This document shows, piece after piece, positions 28,561 through 39,018 of a stretch of DNA of 64,000 bases. A program made the translations under genes and the position numbers. The notes under the pieces were generated by a model. The model worked only from the letters and a program-made list of their open reading frames with translations, did not search any database and was not told the DNA's origin. Numbering within the stretch: position 1 is the first letter of the stretch; every line of letters starts with the position of its first letter. The DNA is from Dysosmobacter segnis (GTDB lineage Bacteria; Bacillota; Clostridia; Lachnospirales; Lachnospiraceae). Location of the stretch: NCBI GenBank assembly GCA_963659325.1, contig CAVKTR010000005.1:2817-66816 (forward strand). Direction: 5' to 3'.

Positions 28561-31218
28561 ATGGAGATAAATGTAGCAGAATTGACACCCATGATGCAGA
28601 AATACATGGAGACAAAGCAGGAGTACAAAGACTGTATCCTGTTTTACCGTCTGGGTGATTTTTATGAAATGTTTTTTGATGATGCGCTGACAGCATCCCG
28701 GGAGCTTGAGATTACGCTGACCGGAAAAAGCTGCGGATTAAAAGAGCGTGCGCCGATGTGTGGTGTGCCGTTTCATGCCGTGGAAGGGTATCTGAATAAA
28801 CTGGTATCCAAAGGATATAAAGTGGCCATCTGTGAACAGGTGGAAGATCCGAAACAGGCTAAAGGTCTGGTAAAAAGAGAAGTAACCAGAATCGTTACAC
28901 CTGGAACAAATCTGGATACCAATGCATTGGACGAGACAAAAAATAACTACATCATGTGTGTGGTGTATGTGGACAATAAATACGGTGTGTCCGTGGCGGA
29001 CGTCACCACCGGCGCTTATTACGTGACAGAACTGGATTCTGAGCGCAAGCTGTTAGATGAGATCAGCAAATATATGCCATCTGAAATCATTTCCAATGAG
29101 GCATTTTTTGTCAGTGGGATTGATCTGGAAGACCTGCGTCACAGACTTGGCATTACGATCTATGCTCTGGACGCCTGGTATTTCGGAGACGAGCTGGCAG
29201 CAACTACATTAAAAGACCATTTTCATGTGGCTTCCCTGGACGGACTGGGGCTTGGTGATTATAACTGTGGTGTGATCGCGGCAGGTGCGCTGCTGAAATA
29301 TCTGTATGAGACACAGAAAACGACACTGGATCACATGACCACCATTGAACCATATTCCACCGGAAAGTTTATGGTGCTTGACAGTTCCACCAGAAGAAAT
29401 CTGGAACTGGTAGAAACACTGCGTGAAAAACAGAAACGCGGTTCACTGCTCTGGGTGCTGGATAAAACAAAAACAGCCATGGGAGCCAGAATGCTCCGTG
29501 CCAATCTGGAGCAGCCTCTGATCGACAAAAAGCAGATCGAGGCCAGACTGGATGCGGTGGAAGAGCTGAAAAACAATATGATCTGCCGCGAGGAGCTGCG
29601 GGAATATTTAAATCCGATCTACGATCTGGAACGCCTGATCAGCCGCGTGGTTTATCAGACTGCAAATCCCCGGGATCTGATCGCTTTTCGTTCTTCTCTT
29701 GAGATGCTTCCGGCCATCAAGACACTGCTGCAGGATCTGAAAACACCGCTGCTGCGGGAACTGGATGAGGAGCTGGATCCGTTAAAGGATATTTATGAGC
29801 TGATCTGCCAGTCCATCGAGGACGAACCGCCAATTTCCATCCGGGAAGGCGGCATGATCAAGAGCGGCTATAACGAGCAGGTGGATCATTTGCGTAATGC
29901 CAAGACCGAGGGCAAGACATGGCTGGCTAAGATTGAAGAGGAAGAACGGGAAAAAACCGGTATCAAGAATCTGAGAATCAAATTTAATAAAGTATTTGGT
30001 TATTATCTGGAAGTAACGAATTCTTACAAAGATCTTGTGCCGGAGTATTATACAAGAAAACAGACACTGACCAATGCGGAGCGTTATATCACACCGGAGT
30101 TAAAAGAATTGGAAGAAACGATTCTTGGTGCGGAGGACAAACTGACAGCTCTGGAGTACGACATTTTCTGTCAGATCCGCAATACTATCGCAGATCAGGT
30201 GGTCCGTATCCAGCATACGGCAAAAGCGATTGCGGCATTAGATGTTTTTGCTTCCCTGTCCGTTGTGGCTGAGCAGAGCGATTATACGAGGCCGAAGATC
30301 AACGAAAAAGGAATTCTGGACATTAAGGGCGGGCGCCATCCGGTGGTAGAAAAAATGATCGATAACGATATGTTTATCGCAAACGATACCTATCTGGATA
30401 ACAAAAATAACCGTATCGCGATTATTACCGGACCGAACATGGCCGGAAAATCTACTTACATGCGTCAGAATGCCCTGATCGTGCTGATGGCGCAGATCGG
30501 AAGTTTTGTGCCGGCACAGAACGCCAATATCGGTATCGTGGATCGTATTTTTACCCGTGTGGGAGCATCTGATGATCTTGCCTCCGGACAGAGTACCTTT
30601 ATGGTAGAGATGAACGAGGTGGCAAATATTTTACGAAATGCCACAAGCAGCAGTCTTCTGATCCTGGATGAGATCGGCCGCGGTACAAGTACCATCGACG
30701 GCTTATCCATTGCCTGGGCGGTGGTAGAATATATCAGTAATCCGAAGATCCTCGGAGCAAAGACGCTGTTTGCAACCCATTATCATGAACTGACAGAACT
30801 GGAAGGCAAACTTTCCAATGTAAATAATTACTGTATTGCCGTAAAAGAAAAAGGTGACGATATCGTATTTTTGCGAAAAATCGTATCCGGCGGTGCTGAC
30901 AGAAGTTATGGTATCCAGGTAGCAAAACTTGCCGGTGTTCCGGATCCGGTGATCGAGCGTGCGAAGGTGATCTGCGAAGAGCTGGAGCGTGCGAATATGA
31001 GCAATCTGGCCGTAAATCTTCCGGAAATTCCGGCACAGCATAAGGCAAAACAGAAGCAGCCGGATGATGTGGATCTGGCGCAGATGTCGCTATTTGACAC
31101 GGTAAAAGATGATGATATCATCGAGGAGATCCGTGAGATCGACCTGACAAATATGACACCGTTTGAGGCTATGAACAAATTGTATGAAATCCAGAATAAG
31201 ATTAAAAATCGCTGGTAG
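28561..31218 (+). CDS. mutS: DNA mismatch repair protein MutS
   Basis: TPMMQKY, RLGDFYEMF, TGPNMAGKST, DEIGRGTST, ATHYHEL. Confidence 0.98.
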   Translation: MEINVAELTPMMQKYMETKQEYKDCILFYRLGDFYEMFFDDALTASRELEITLTGKSCGLKERAPMCGVPFHAVEGYLNKLVSKGYKVAICEQVEDPKQAKGLVKREVTRIVTPGTNLDTNALDETKNNYIMCVVYVDNKYGVSVADVTTGAYYVTELDSERKLLDEISKYMPSEIISNEAFFVSGIDLEDLRHRLGITIYALDAWYFGDELAATTLKDHFHVASLDGLGLGDYNCGVIAAGALLKYLYETQKTTLDHMTTIEPYSTGKFMVLDSSTRRNLELVETLREKQKRGSLLWVLDKTKTAMGARMLRANLEQPLIDKKQIEARLDAVEELKNNMICREELREYLNPIYDLERLISRVVYQTANPRDLIAFRSSLEMLPAIKTLLQDLKTPLLRELDEELDPLKDIYELICQSIEDEPPISIREGGMIKSGYNEQVDHLRNAKTEGKTWLAKIEEEEREKTGIKNLRIKFNKVFGYYLEVTNSYKDLVPEYYTRKQTLTNAERYITPELKELEETILGAEDKLTALEYDIFCQIRNTIADQVVRIQHTAKAIAALDVFASLSVVAEQSDYTRPKINEKGILDIKGGRHPVVEKMIDNDMFIANDTYLDNKNNRIAIITGPNMAGKSTYMRQNALIVLMAQIGSFVPAQNANIGIVDRIFTRVGASDDLASGQSTFMVEMNEVANILRNATSSSLLILDEIGRGTSTIDGLSIAWAVVEYISNPKILGAKTLFATHYHELTELEGKLSNVNNYCIAVKEKGDDIVFLRKIVSGGADRSYGIQVAKLAGVPDPVIERAKVICEELERANMSNLAVNLPEIPAQHKAKQKQPDDVDLAQMSLFDTVKDDDIIEEIREIDLTNMTPFEAMNKLYEIQNKIKNRW

Positions 31219-31227
31219 GAGGCACAT

Positions 31228-33432
31228 ATGCCACAGATAGAAGTTTTAGATGAACAGACCATAGATAAGATTGCGGCGGGAGAGGTAGTAGAGCGTCCGT
31301 CTTCCGTTGTCAAAGAACTGGTGGAAAATGCCATTGACGCGAAAGCTTCTGCCATTACCGTGGAGATCAAAGAGGGTGGAACTTCCCTGATCCGTATCAC
31401 AGATAATGGATGCGGGATTGAGGCAGAGCAGATTCCGATCGCATTTTACCGCCACTCCACAAGTAAGATCCGAAAAGTAGAAGATCTGGTGCGTATTTCC
31501 TCATTGGGATTCCGCGGTGAGGCGTTGTCAAGTATTGCGGCGGTGGCTCAGGTGGAACTGATCACAAAGACACAGGAGCAGTTTACCGGAAGCAGATATC
31601 TGATCGAGGGAGGAAAGGAAGTTTCCCTGGAAGAGATCGGTGCGCCAAACGGAACCACGTTTCTGGTGAAAAATCTGTTTTATAATACACCGGTGCGTCG
31701 TAAATTCTTAAAATCTGCCCAGACAGAGGCGGGATATGTCAATGATCTGATGGAGCGGATGGCGCTGTCCCACCCGGATGTATCTTTTAAGTTTATCAAT
31801 AACGGACAGATCCGTTTACATACTTCCGGAAACGGACAGCTGAAGGATATTATTTACCATATTTACGGCCGTGATATTGCGGCAAATCTGCTGGAAGTAC
31901 ATGGAGAATACGAAGGTTTCTGCGTGGATGGTTATATCGGAAAGCCGATCATTGCCAGAGGAAACCGCAATTTTGAAAGTTATTTTATTAACGGACGTTA
32001 TATTAAAAGCAGCCTGATCGCAAAGTCTCTGGAGGACGGCTATCGGGGATTTATGATGCAGCACAAATATCCGTTTACCGTACTGACGATTTCCCTGGAC
32101 GGAACCCTTGTGGATGTCAATGTACATCCGAACAAGATGGAAATGCGCTTTTCTAATGGAGAAACGTTGTATCAGCAGCTGGTGGCACTGATTTCCGGAC
32201 GTCTGCGGGAAAGCGAACTGATTCCGAAGGTGGCAGTTCATGAAGAAAAAACGTCTGCAAAGCGTGTGGAGGTTCCAAGGGAAGCAGCTCCGGAACCATT
32301 TGAGACGAAGCGGCTGGAGCGACTGCGTGCAGCCGTGACCAAGGACAGCCCATATGAACGGAAATATCCGGGACGGGATCCGTTGGCTGGAAGAACGATG
32401 CAGCAGGCGGCCGAAGCGGAAAACAGCAATCCTGCGATGGTTCGGGAAAATGTTGCATTTGGCGCAAAAGCAGAAGAAAAAACAGATGCTGGTGTACAGA
32501 TGCCGGGAGCGCATAAAGTACATGAAGCTGAGAATATAAATTCAGGTGGATCCCAGGAACATGGTGCTGTCAAAATACAGGGTTCTATTTCGAATGAAAA
32601 TCAGGTGGATTCTGCAGACGATTTTGCCAAAAATCTGGTCACTCAGGAGGATGCTATACTGCAGAGAGAAAAAGAGCGTGTGTCTGATAAAACAGAGCCG
32701 ATCATTTCCAATCCGGTGCAGCAGAACTTGTTTGAAGTGGCCGAACAGGAAGCAAAAGAGTATTTAGATTCGAATGGGCAGCCAAACGGAACAACTGTTT
32801 TGGAAACAAATTCAGACAGACAGGAAGAATTAAAACTGCTCTCAAAACAGGCCAGACCGCAGCACCGCATCATCGGACAGCTGTTTGATACCTACTGGCT
32901 GGTGGAATTCCAGGATCAGTTTTATATGATCGACCAGCATGCGGCACATGAAAAAGTACTGTTTGAGCGTACCATGAAGGCTTATCGGGAAAAAGAGTTT
33001 ACGTCCCAGATGATCAGTCCGCCGATCATTCTTTCCCTGACCATGCAGGAAGAGAATCTGCTGAAGAAATTTTTACCGGAATTTGAAAAACTCGGATATG
33101 AGATCGAGCATTTTGGTGGCAAAGAGTATACCGTAAATGCAGTCCCGGGCAATTTATATGGTCTGAACGGCCAAAGTCTGTTGCTGGAACTGATGGACGG
33201 ACTTGGCGGCATGTCGGAGAAAGATACACCGGATCTCGTTGTGGAGAAAATCGCAAGTATGTCCTGCAAAGCGGCAGTCAAAGGCAATCAGAAACTTTCC
33301 AGAGCGGAAATCGAACATCTGATCGACGAACTGCTGACACTGGAAAATCCGTATTTCTGCCCGCATGGCAGACCGGTGATCGTGGCGATGACCAAATATG
33401 AGATAGAAAAGAAATTTAAGAGAATCGTATAG
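31228..33432 (+). CDS. mutL: DNA mismatch repair endonuclease MutL
   Basis: IAAGEVVERP, GFRGEAL, DVNVHP, DQHAAHE, SCK, CPHGRP. Confidence 0.98.
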   Translation: MPQIEVLDEQTIDKIAAGEVVERPSSVVKELVENAIDAKASAITVEIKEGGTSLIRITDNGCGIEAEQIPIAFYRHSTSKIRKVEDLVRISSLGFRGEALSSIAAVAQVELITKTQEQFTGSRYLIEGGKEVSLEEIGAPNGTTFLVKNLFYNTPVRRKFLKSAQTEAGYVNDLMERMALSHPDVSFKFINNGQIRLHTSGNGQLKDIIYHIYGRDIAANLLEVHGEYEGFCVDGYIGKPIIARGNRNFESYFINGRYIKSSLIAKSLEDGYRGFMMQHKYPFTVLTISLDGTLVDVNVHPNKMEMRFSNGETLYQQLVALISGRLRESELIPKVAVHEEKTSAKRVEVPREAAPEPFETKRLERLRAAVTKDSPYERKYPGRDPLAGRTMQQAAEAENSNPAMVRENVAFGAKAEEKTDAGVQMPGAHKVHEAENINSGGSQEHGAVKIQGSISNENQVDSADDFAKNLVTQEDAILQREKERVSDKTEPIISNPVQQNLFEVAEQEAKEYLDSNGQPNGTTVLETNSDRQEELKLLSKQARPQHRIIGQLFDTYWLVEFQDQFYMIDQHAAHEKVLFERTMKAYREKEFTSQMISPPIILSLTMQEENLLKKFLPEFEKLGYEIEHFGGKEYTVNAVPGNLYGLNGQSLLLELMDGLGGMSEKDTPDLVVEKIASMSCKAAVKGNQKLSRAEIEHLIDELLTLENPYFCPHGRPVIVAMTKYEIEKKFKRIV

Positions 33433-33491
33433 AGAGACAAAAAACTGGGATGATTTCCAGTATTCTGATAAATATAAGAGACAGAAAAACT

Positions 33492-34451
33492 ATGATGAAG
33501 GAACAGAAAAAACAACCATTATTAATACTGACAGGCCCGACTGCGGTGGGAAAGACAGATCTGTCCATCGCTTTGGCAAAGAAAATCAACGGTGCCGTGA
33601 TTTCTGCAGATTCCATGCAGGTGTATTGTGGCATGGACATTGGCTCTGCCAAGGTGACACCGGAGGAAATGCAGGGAGTAAAGCATTATCTGATCGACGT
33701 GCTGGATCCTGAGGATGAATTTCATGTTGTCCGTTTTCAGGAGATGGCAAAAGAGGCATTGAAAGAGATTTATGCCAACGGACAGATCCCGATCATTGCC
33801 GGCGGCACCGGATTTTATATTCAGGCGCTTTTGTATGACATTGATTTTACGGAGCAGGAAGAAGATACTGCCCTGCGGGAGTATTATGCAGCGCTGGCGC
33901 AGGAACATGGCAATGAATATCTGCATGAAATGCTGCGCCGTGTGGATCCGGCTTCCGCTGAGATCATTCATGCAAATAATGTGAAACGGACAATCCGTGC
34001 ACTGGAATATTTTGAAAAAACAGGGGAGCCAATCTCCAAGCACAATGAGCAAGAGCGGGCAAAAGAATCTCCGTATGATTTCCGCTATTTTGTGCTGACG
34101 GATGAGCGCGCCCATCTGTATGAGCGCATTGATCGCCGTGTGAATCTGATGTTGGAACACGGACTGGTGGATGAGGTAAAACGCCTGCGGGATCAGGGAT
34201 GCCATAAAGGCATGGTTTCCATGCAGGGACTTGGATATAAGGAAATCCTTTCCTGGTTAGAGGGAGAAATTTCTTATGAAGAAGCTGTGTATCTGCTGAA
34301 GCGGGATACCAGACATTTTGCAAAACGTCAGCTGACATGGTTCCGCCGGGAGCGGGATGTCATCTGGCTGAACAAACCAGATTATGATTATGACGATTCC
34401 AGAATTCTGGATGAGATTTTAAATACAATTACAGCTGGAGGATGGTTATGA
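33492..34451 (+). CDS. miaA: tRNA dimethylallyltransferase
   Basis: GPTAVGKT, SADSMQVY, GGTGFY, FAKRQLTWF. Confidence 0.97.
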   Translation: MMKEQKKQPLLILTGPTAVGKTDLSIALAKKINGAVISADSMQVYCGMDIGSAKVTPEEMQGVKHYLIDVLDPEDEFHVVRFQEMAKEALKEIYANGQIPIIAGGTGFYIQALLYDIDFTEQEEDTALREYYAALAQEHGNEYLHEMLRRVDPASAEIIHANNVKRTIRALEYFEKTGEPISKHNEQERAKESPYDFRYFVLTDERAHLYERIDRRVNLMLEHGLVDEVKRLRDQGCHKGMVSMQGLGYKEILSWLEGEISYEEAVYLLKRDTRHFAKRQLTWFRRERDVIWLNKPDYDYDDSRILDEILNTITAGGWL

Positions 34452-35767
34452 CAGAAGAACTGATCAGACAGAAATACCTTGACATGGGTATTTCAAAAGA
34501 AGTATATGAATTTGGAGCAGAAATTGAGAAAACGTTAAAAGAGCGTTTTGATAAAATAGATGAAACCGCAGAGTACAACCAGTTAAAAGTGGTACATGCC
34601 ATGCAGAAATGCAGAGTAAGCGCAGAGTGTTTTCAGGCAACCAGCGGTTACGGATACAATGACATTGGCCGTGATACTTTAGAGGAAGTGTATGCAGAGT
34701 GTTTCCACGGGGAAGCTGCTCTGGTGCGTCCGCAGATTACCTGCGGAACCCATGCACTGGCACTGGCGCTGATGTCCAATCTGCGTCCGGGGGATGAATT
34801 ACTTTCCCCGGTTGGAAAACCGTATGATACGCTGGAGGAGGTAATCGGTATCCGCCCGTCTAAGGGTTCCCTGGCTGAGTATGGCATTACTTACCGTCAG
34901 GTAGACCTGCTGAACAACCGTGATTTTGACTTTGAGGGCATTCGTGCTGCCATCAATGAAAAAACAAAACTGGTGACCATTCAGCGTTCCAAAGGATATG
35001 AGACACGTCCGACCTTATCTGTGGAACGGATCCGTGAGCTGATTGCTTTTGTAAAATCCATCAAACCAGATGTGATCTGTATGGTGGACAACTGTTACGG
35101 AGAATTCGTTGAGGAGCGTGAGCCGCTGGAAGTTGGTGCAGATATGATTGTAGGATCCTTGATCAAAAACCTTGGTGGCGGTCTGGCACCAATTGGTGGT
35201 TATATTGTAGGAAAGAAAGAATGCGTGGATAACGCAGCATACCGTCTGACTTCTCCGGGACTTGGAAAAGAAGTCGGCGCATCCCTTGGCGTTATCCAGA
35301 GCTTCTATCAGGGTCTGTTTCAGGCTCCGACGGTTGTATCCGGCGCATTAAAAGGTGCTATTTTTGCAGCAAATATTTTTGAAAAGATCGGATTCCCGGT
35401 GATCCCAAACAGTACCGAGTCCCGACACGATATCATTCAGGCTGTGACCTTTGGCTGCCCAGAGGGCGTAATTGCTTTCTGTCAGGGAATTCAGGCTGCA
35501 GCACCGGTGGATTCTTATGTAACACCGGAACCATGGGATATGCCGGGATATGACAGTCAGGTTATTATGGCAGCCGGCGCATTTGTACAGGGATCTTCCA
35601 TTGAGCTGAGTGCGGACGGACCGATCAAACCGCCGTATGCCGTATATTTCCAGGGTGGCCTGACCTGGTATCACGCAAAGCTTGGAATTATGATGGCACT
35701 GCAGAAATTAGTGGATGCAGGTATTGTGACAAAAGACTTTAAAGCAAAAAATGTAGCAGACTTGTAA
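34448..35767 (+). CDS. YnbB / aluminium-resistance family PLP enzyme (cystathionine beta-lyase/methionine gamma-lyase-like)
   Basis: SGYGYNDIGRD, GKPYDTL, QRSKGY, VDNCYGEF, GSLIKN, GSSIELSAD. Confidence 0.9.
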   Translation: MTEELIRQKYLDMGISKEVYEFGAEIEKTLKERFDKIDETAEYNQLKVVHAMQKCRVSAECFQATSGYGYNDIGRDTLEEVYAECFHGEAALVRPQITCGTHALALALMSNLRPGDELLSPVGKPYDTLEEVIGIRPSKGSLAEYGITYRQVDLLNNRDFDFEGIRAAINEKTKLVTIQRSKGYETRPTLSVERIRELIAFVKSIKPDVICMVDNCYGEFVEEREPLEVGADMIVGSLIKNLGGGLAPIGGYIVGKKECVDNAAYRLTSPGLGKEVGASLGVIQSFYQGLFQAPTVVSGALKGAIFAANIFEKIGFPVIPNSTESRHDIIQAVTFGCPEGVIAFCQGIQAAAPVDSYVTPEPWDMPGYDSQVIMAAGAFVQGSSIELSADGPIKPPYAVYFQGGLTWYHAKLGIMMALQKLVDAGIVTKDFKAKNVADL

Positions 35768-35887
35768 AATTTCTTCATAAAATTTTAAGAGAATTACAAA
35801 GAAAGTTCGTGTTTTTCTGGTATACAGTCCAAAAAAATTATGCTATGATATCTACGACTGCATAGAGAGAGTAGAACAGGAAGGCTT

Positions 35888-36595
35888 ATGCAGAAAAATA
35901 TGACAGTAAAAGAGTTACCGGATACAGAAAGACCTTATGAAAAGTGTCTGATGTATGGGGCAGAAGCACTGACGGATGCGGAACTGATCAGTGTCATTAT
36001 CCGGACAGGAAGCAGGGGAGAACGGTGTGTCGATTTGGCTCATCGTATTTTGAATGCAGGTCCGGACGGATTATTGAATCTGCTGCAGTTAGATGTAAAG
36101 CAGCTGACGAAGATCCATGGAATCGGTAATGTGAAGGCAGTACAGTTAAAATGTGTCGGCGAACTGGCCAAGCGGATTGCGAGCACCAGACGCAGACAGC
36201 AGGTGATACTGGAGTCTCCGGAAAGCATTGCATCCTATTATATGGAACGCATGCGGCATGAAACGCAGGAGATCCTGATGCTCGCTATGTTTGACAGCAA
36301 GAGCATGCTAATCGGTGAGAAAGTGATTTCTGTCGGGACAAGCAATGCGGCATTGATATCAGCCCGGGAGATTTACCGGACTGCGCTGCAGGAGCAGGCA
36401 GTTTATATTGTGATCCTGCACAATCATCCGAGCGGAAATCCGGAACCAAGCCGGGAAGACATCCAGGTTACCCGAAAGATAAAACAGAGTGGTGAGATAC
36501 TGGATATTTTACTTATGGATCATATTATTATCGGAGATAATCGATACTTTAGCTTCCGTGAGCAGGATATTTTGTTTGAGAAAGGGAGAGAATAA
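35888..36595 (+). CDS. radC: RadC-family JAB-domain protein
   Basis: ERPYEK, GIGNVKA, HNHPSGNPEPSREDI, DHIIIG. Confidence 0.95.
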   Translation: MQKNMTVKELPDTERPYEKCLMYGAEALTDAELISVIIRTGSRGERCVDLAHRILNAGPDGLLNLLQLDVKQLTKIHGIGNVKAVQLKCVGELAKRIASTRRRQQVILESPESIASYYMERMRHETQEILMLAMFDSKSMLIGEKVISVGTSNAALISAREIYRTALQEQAVYIVILHNHPSGNPEPSREDIQVTRKIKQSGEILDILLMDHIIIGDNRYFSFREQDILFEKGRE

Positions 36596-37608
36596 TGGCA
36601 AATATATACGGAATTGATCTTGGAACCTGTAATATTAAAATTTTCAGCAAACACAGCAACAAGATCATCAAAGAGAAAAATACCATTGCGGTAATCAATA
36701 AAAACCAGCTGTATGCATATGGCGATGAGGCTTATGCAATGTATGAGAAAGCACCGGAGACCATCAATGTGTCTTTCCCGGTTACCGGCGGTGTCATTGC
36801 GGATTACAACAATATGCAGACCATGGTACAGGAAATGCTGGAAAAAAATGTGAAAGGCCACGTAAAAGGATCTGAGTTTATCATTGCAGTTCCGACAGAT
36901 ATCACAGAAGTTGAGAAAAAGGCATTCTATGATCTGTTTTTCAAGAGCAAAATGAAACCGAAGTCTGTCTTTTTGTGTGATAAACCGATTGCAGATGCAG
37001 TAGGCCTCGGACTTGACGTCAACGAGCCAACCGGTATCATGATTGTAGATATCGGAGCGGATACCACAGAGATTTCCGTCATTTCTTTAGGCGGACTGGT
37101 GCTGAGTGATCTGCTTCACTTTGGTGGAAATCGTCTGGATGAGTCCATTATTACTTATATCAAAAAGAACTTTAATCTGGTCATTGGTCAGAAAACTGCC
37201 ATGCAATTGAAAGAACAGATTGGAAGCGCACTTCCGGGAAAAGAGGGCAGCTATACCATCGTCGGACTGGATGTGGTCAGCGGACTGCCGATCGAGATGG
37301 AGATTACAGCAGAGACGGTTTATGAAGCAATGAAAGACAATCTCAATTCTATCTGCAATGCCATCAAGATGATCCTGGAGAAAACTCCGCCAGAGCTGGC
37401 AAAAGATATCATTCATTCCGGCATTTATCTGACAGGCGGCGGTTCCAATATCAAAGATATGGATAAATTATTTACGGATATCACCAATATCAAAGTAAAT
37501 ACCTGTGAGGAACCGGATGAGACAGTCGTAAGAGGTCTGAGCCTTGTTGTTACAAACGACAAATTCAAACGGCTGGCTTACAGCATGCGTACAAAAATTT
37601 TTAAATAA
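36595..37608 (+). CDS. mreB: Rod shape-determining protein MreB
   Basis: GIDLGT, GVIAD, ITEVEK, VDIG, LEKTPPEL, LTGGG; upstream of mreCD. Confidence 0.92.
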   Translation: MANIYGIDLGTCNIKIFSKHSNKIIKEKNTIAVINKNQLYAYGDEAYAMYEKAPETINVSFPVTGGVIADYNNMQTMVQEMLEKNVKGHVKGSEFIIAVPTDITEVEKKAFYDLFFKSKMKPKSVFLCDKPIADAVGLGLDVNEPTGIMIVDIGADTTEISVISLGGLVLSDLLHFGGNRLDESIITYIKKNFNLVIGQKTAMQLKEQIGSALPGKEGSYTIVGLDVVSGLPIEMEITAETVYEAMKDNLNSICNAIKMILEKTPPELAKDIIHSGIYLTGGGSNIKDMDKLFTDITNIKVNTCEEPDETVVRGLSLVVTNDKFKRLAYSMRTKIFK

Positions 37609-37629
37609 TTCGAATAACAGAGGCATGGT

Positions 37630-38496
37630 ATGAAGAGAAAGAAACAGAGCAAATTTCCGGCGAAATATGTTCTGCTGATCATGACGATTCTGTGTATTGC
37701 CATCATAGGCTGCAGCTTGAAAGCATCCGGTTCGGGGCCGGTTTCAGCTGTGGCCGGGGCGGTGATCACACCGATGCAGAAAGGTGTGAACCGGCTTGGA
37801 AGTGCACTGACAGATCTGCGCGATCACATGCAGACAAAGAAAAAACTGGAAAAAGAGAATGAAGAACTGCGTACACAGCTGGCAGAAGCACAGGAAAATC
37901 TGAACCAGGTGCAGTTAAATCAGGAAGAACTGGATAATCTGAAGAAACTGTATGATATGGATCAGAGCTATGCAAATTACGAGAAAGTGGCTGCAAATGT
38001 AATCGGAAAAGATGCAGGAAACTGGTTTTCTGTGTTCCTGATCGACCGCGGCAGCAACGATGGTATTTCTGTAGGCATGAACGTACTGGCTGACGGCGGA
38101 CTGGCAGGTATCGTCATTCAGGTCGGCTCGAATTATGCAAAAGTTCGTTCTATCATTGATGACAACAGCAATGTCAGTGCAAAAAATCTGAGTACATCAG
38201 ATCTGTGCATTGTCAGTGGAAGCTTAAAATCAATGAACGAGTCCAGTCTGATTGAGTTTGATGATCTTCGGGATAAAGAAGATCAGGCTAAAGTTGGGGA
38301 TCAGATCGTGACATCCAATATCAGTGATATGTTTCTGGAAGGAATTCCGATCGGTTACATCACCGATATCCAGACAGATTCCAATAATCTGACCAAATCG
38401 GGTCATATTGCGACTATCGTTGATTTCGAACATCTAAGTGATGTGTTTGTCATCTTACAGACAAAGGATACAACAAATGAACAGGGAGGGGAGTAG
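37630..38496 (+). CDS. mreC: Rod shape-determining protein MreC
   Basis: TM helix, coiled coil, IDRGSNDGI, GIPIG. Confidence 0.92.
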   Translation: MKRKKQSKFPAKYVLLIMTILCIAIIGCSLKASGSGPVSAVAGAVITPMQKGVNRLGSALTDLRDHMQTKKKLEKENEELRTQLAEAQENLNQVQLNQEELDNLKKLYDMDQSYANYEKVAANVIGKDAGNWFSVFLIDRGSNDGISVGMNVLADGGLAGIVIQVGSNYAKVRSIIDDNSNVSAKNLSTSDLCIVSGSLKSMNESSLIEFDDLRDKEDQAKVGDQIVTSNISDMFLEGIPIGYITDIQTDSNNLTKSGHIATIVDFEHLSDVFVILQTKDTTNEQGGE

Positions 38497-38499
38497 GCT

Positions 38500-39018
38500 A
38501 TGAGAAGGAAAATTGTGCTGGCAATTACAATCATTGTCTGCTTCCTTTTACAATGCACAGTGTTCAAAGCACTGTCTATCGCGTCAATCTCACCGAATCT
38601 TCTGATCGTTGTGGTTGCATCTTTCGGATTTATGCGCGGGAAAAAGGAAGGGCTGTTTGTCGGTTTTTTTGCCGGATTACTGATGGATGTAATGTTTGGA
38701 AGTATCGTGGGATTTTATGCCCTGATCTATATGTATATCGGTTATGTAAATGGATTTTTCAAGCGGATCTTTTTCCCGGATGAGATCAAACTTCCACTGG
38801 GACTGATCGCAGTCAGTGATTTTTTCTGTAATCTGCTGATCTACTTTACACTGTTCTGGTTCCGTGGAAGATTTTCCTTTGGTTATTATCTGATCCATAC
38901 GATTTTACCGGAACTGGTTTATACAATGATCGTGGCAGTTCTGCTCTACTTCATTTTACTGAAAATAAATGAGAAACTGGAAGCAATTGAACGAAGGAGT
39001 GCAGCGAAATTTGGTTGA
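38500..39018 (+). CDS. mreD: Rod shape-determining protein MreD
   Basis: Hydrophobic; PNLL, GFFAGLLMD; synteny. Confidence 0.9.
   Translation: MRRKIVLAITIIVCFLLQCTVFKALSIASISPNLLIVVVASFGFMRGKKEGLFVGFFAGLLMDVMFGSIVGFYALIYMYIGYVNGFFKRIFFPDEIKLPLGLIAVSDFFCNLLIYFTLFWFRGRFSFGYYLIHTILPELVYTMIVAVLLYFILLKINEKLEAIERRSAAKFG

Noticed and set aside
32400..32830. Odd low-complexity insert in mutL
   Set aside because: It lies in the normally variable interdomain linker; frame is intact and there are no intein motifs.
35888..36595. radC as a marker of a mobile element
   Set aside because: Full-length chromosomal type in the usual radC-mreBCD context.
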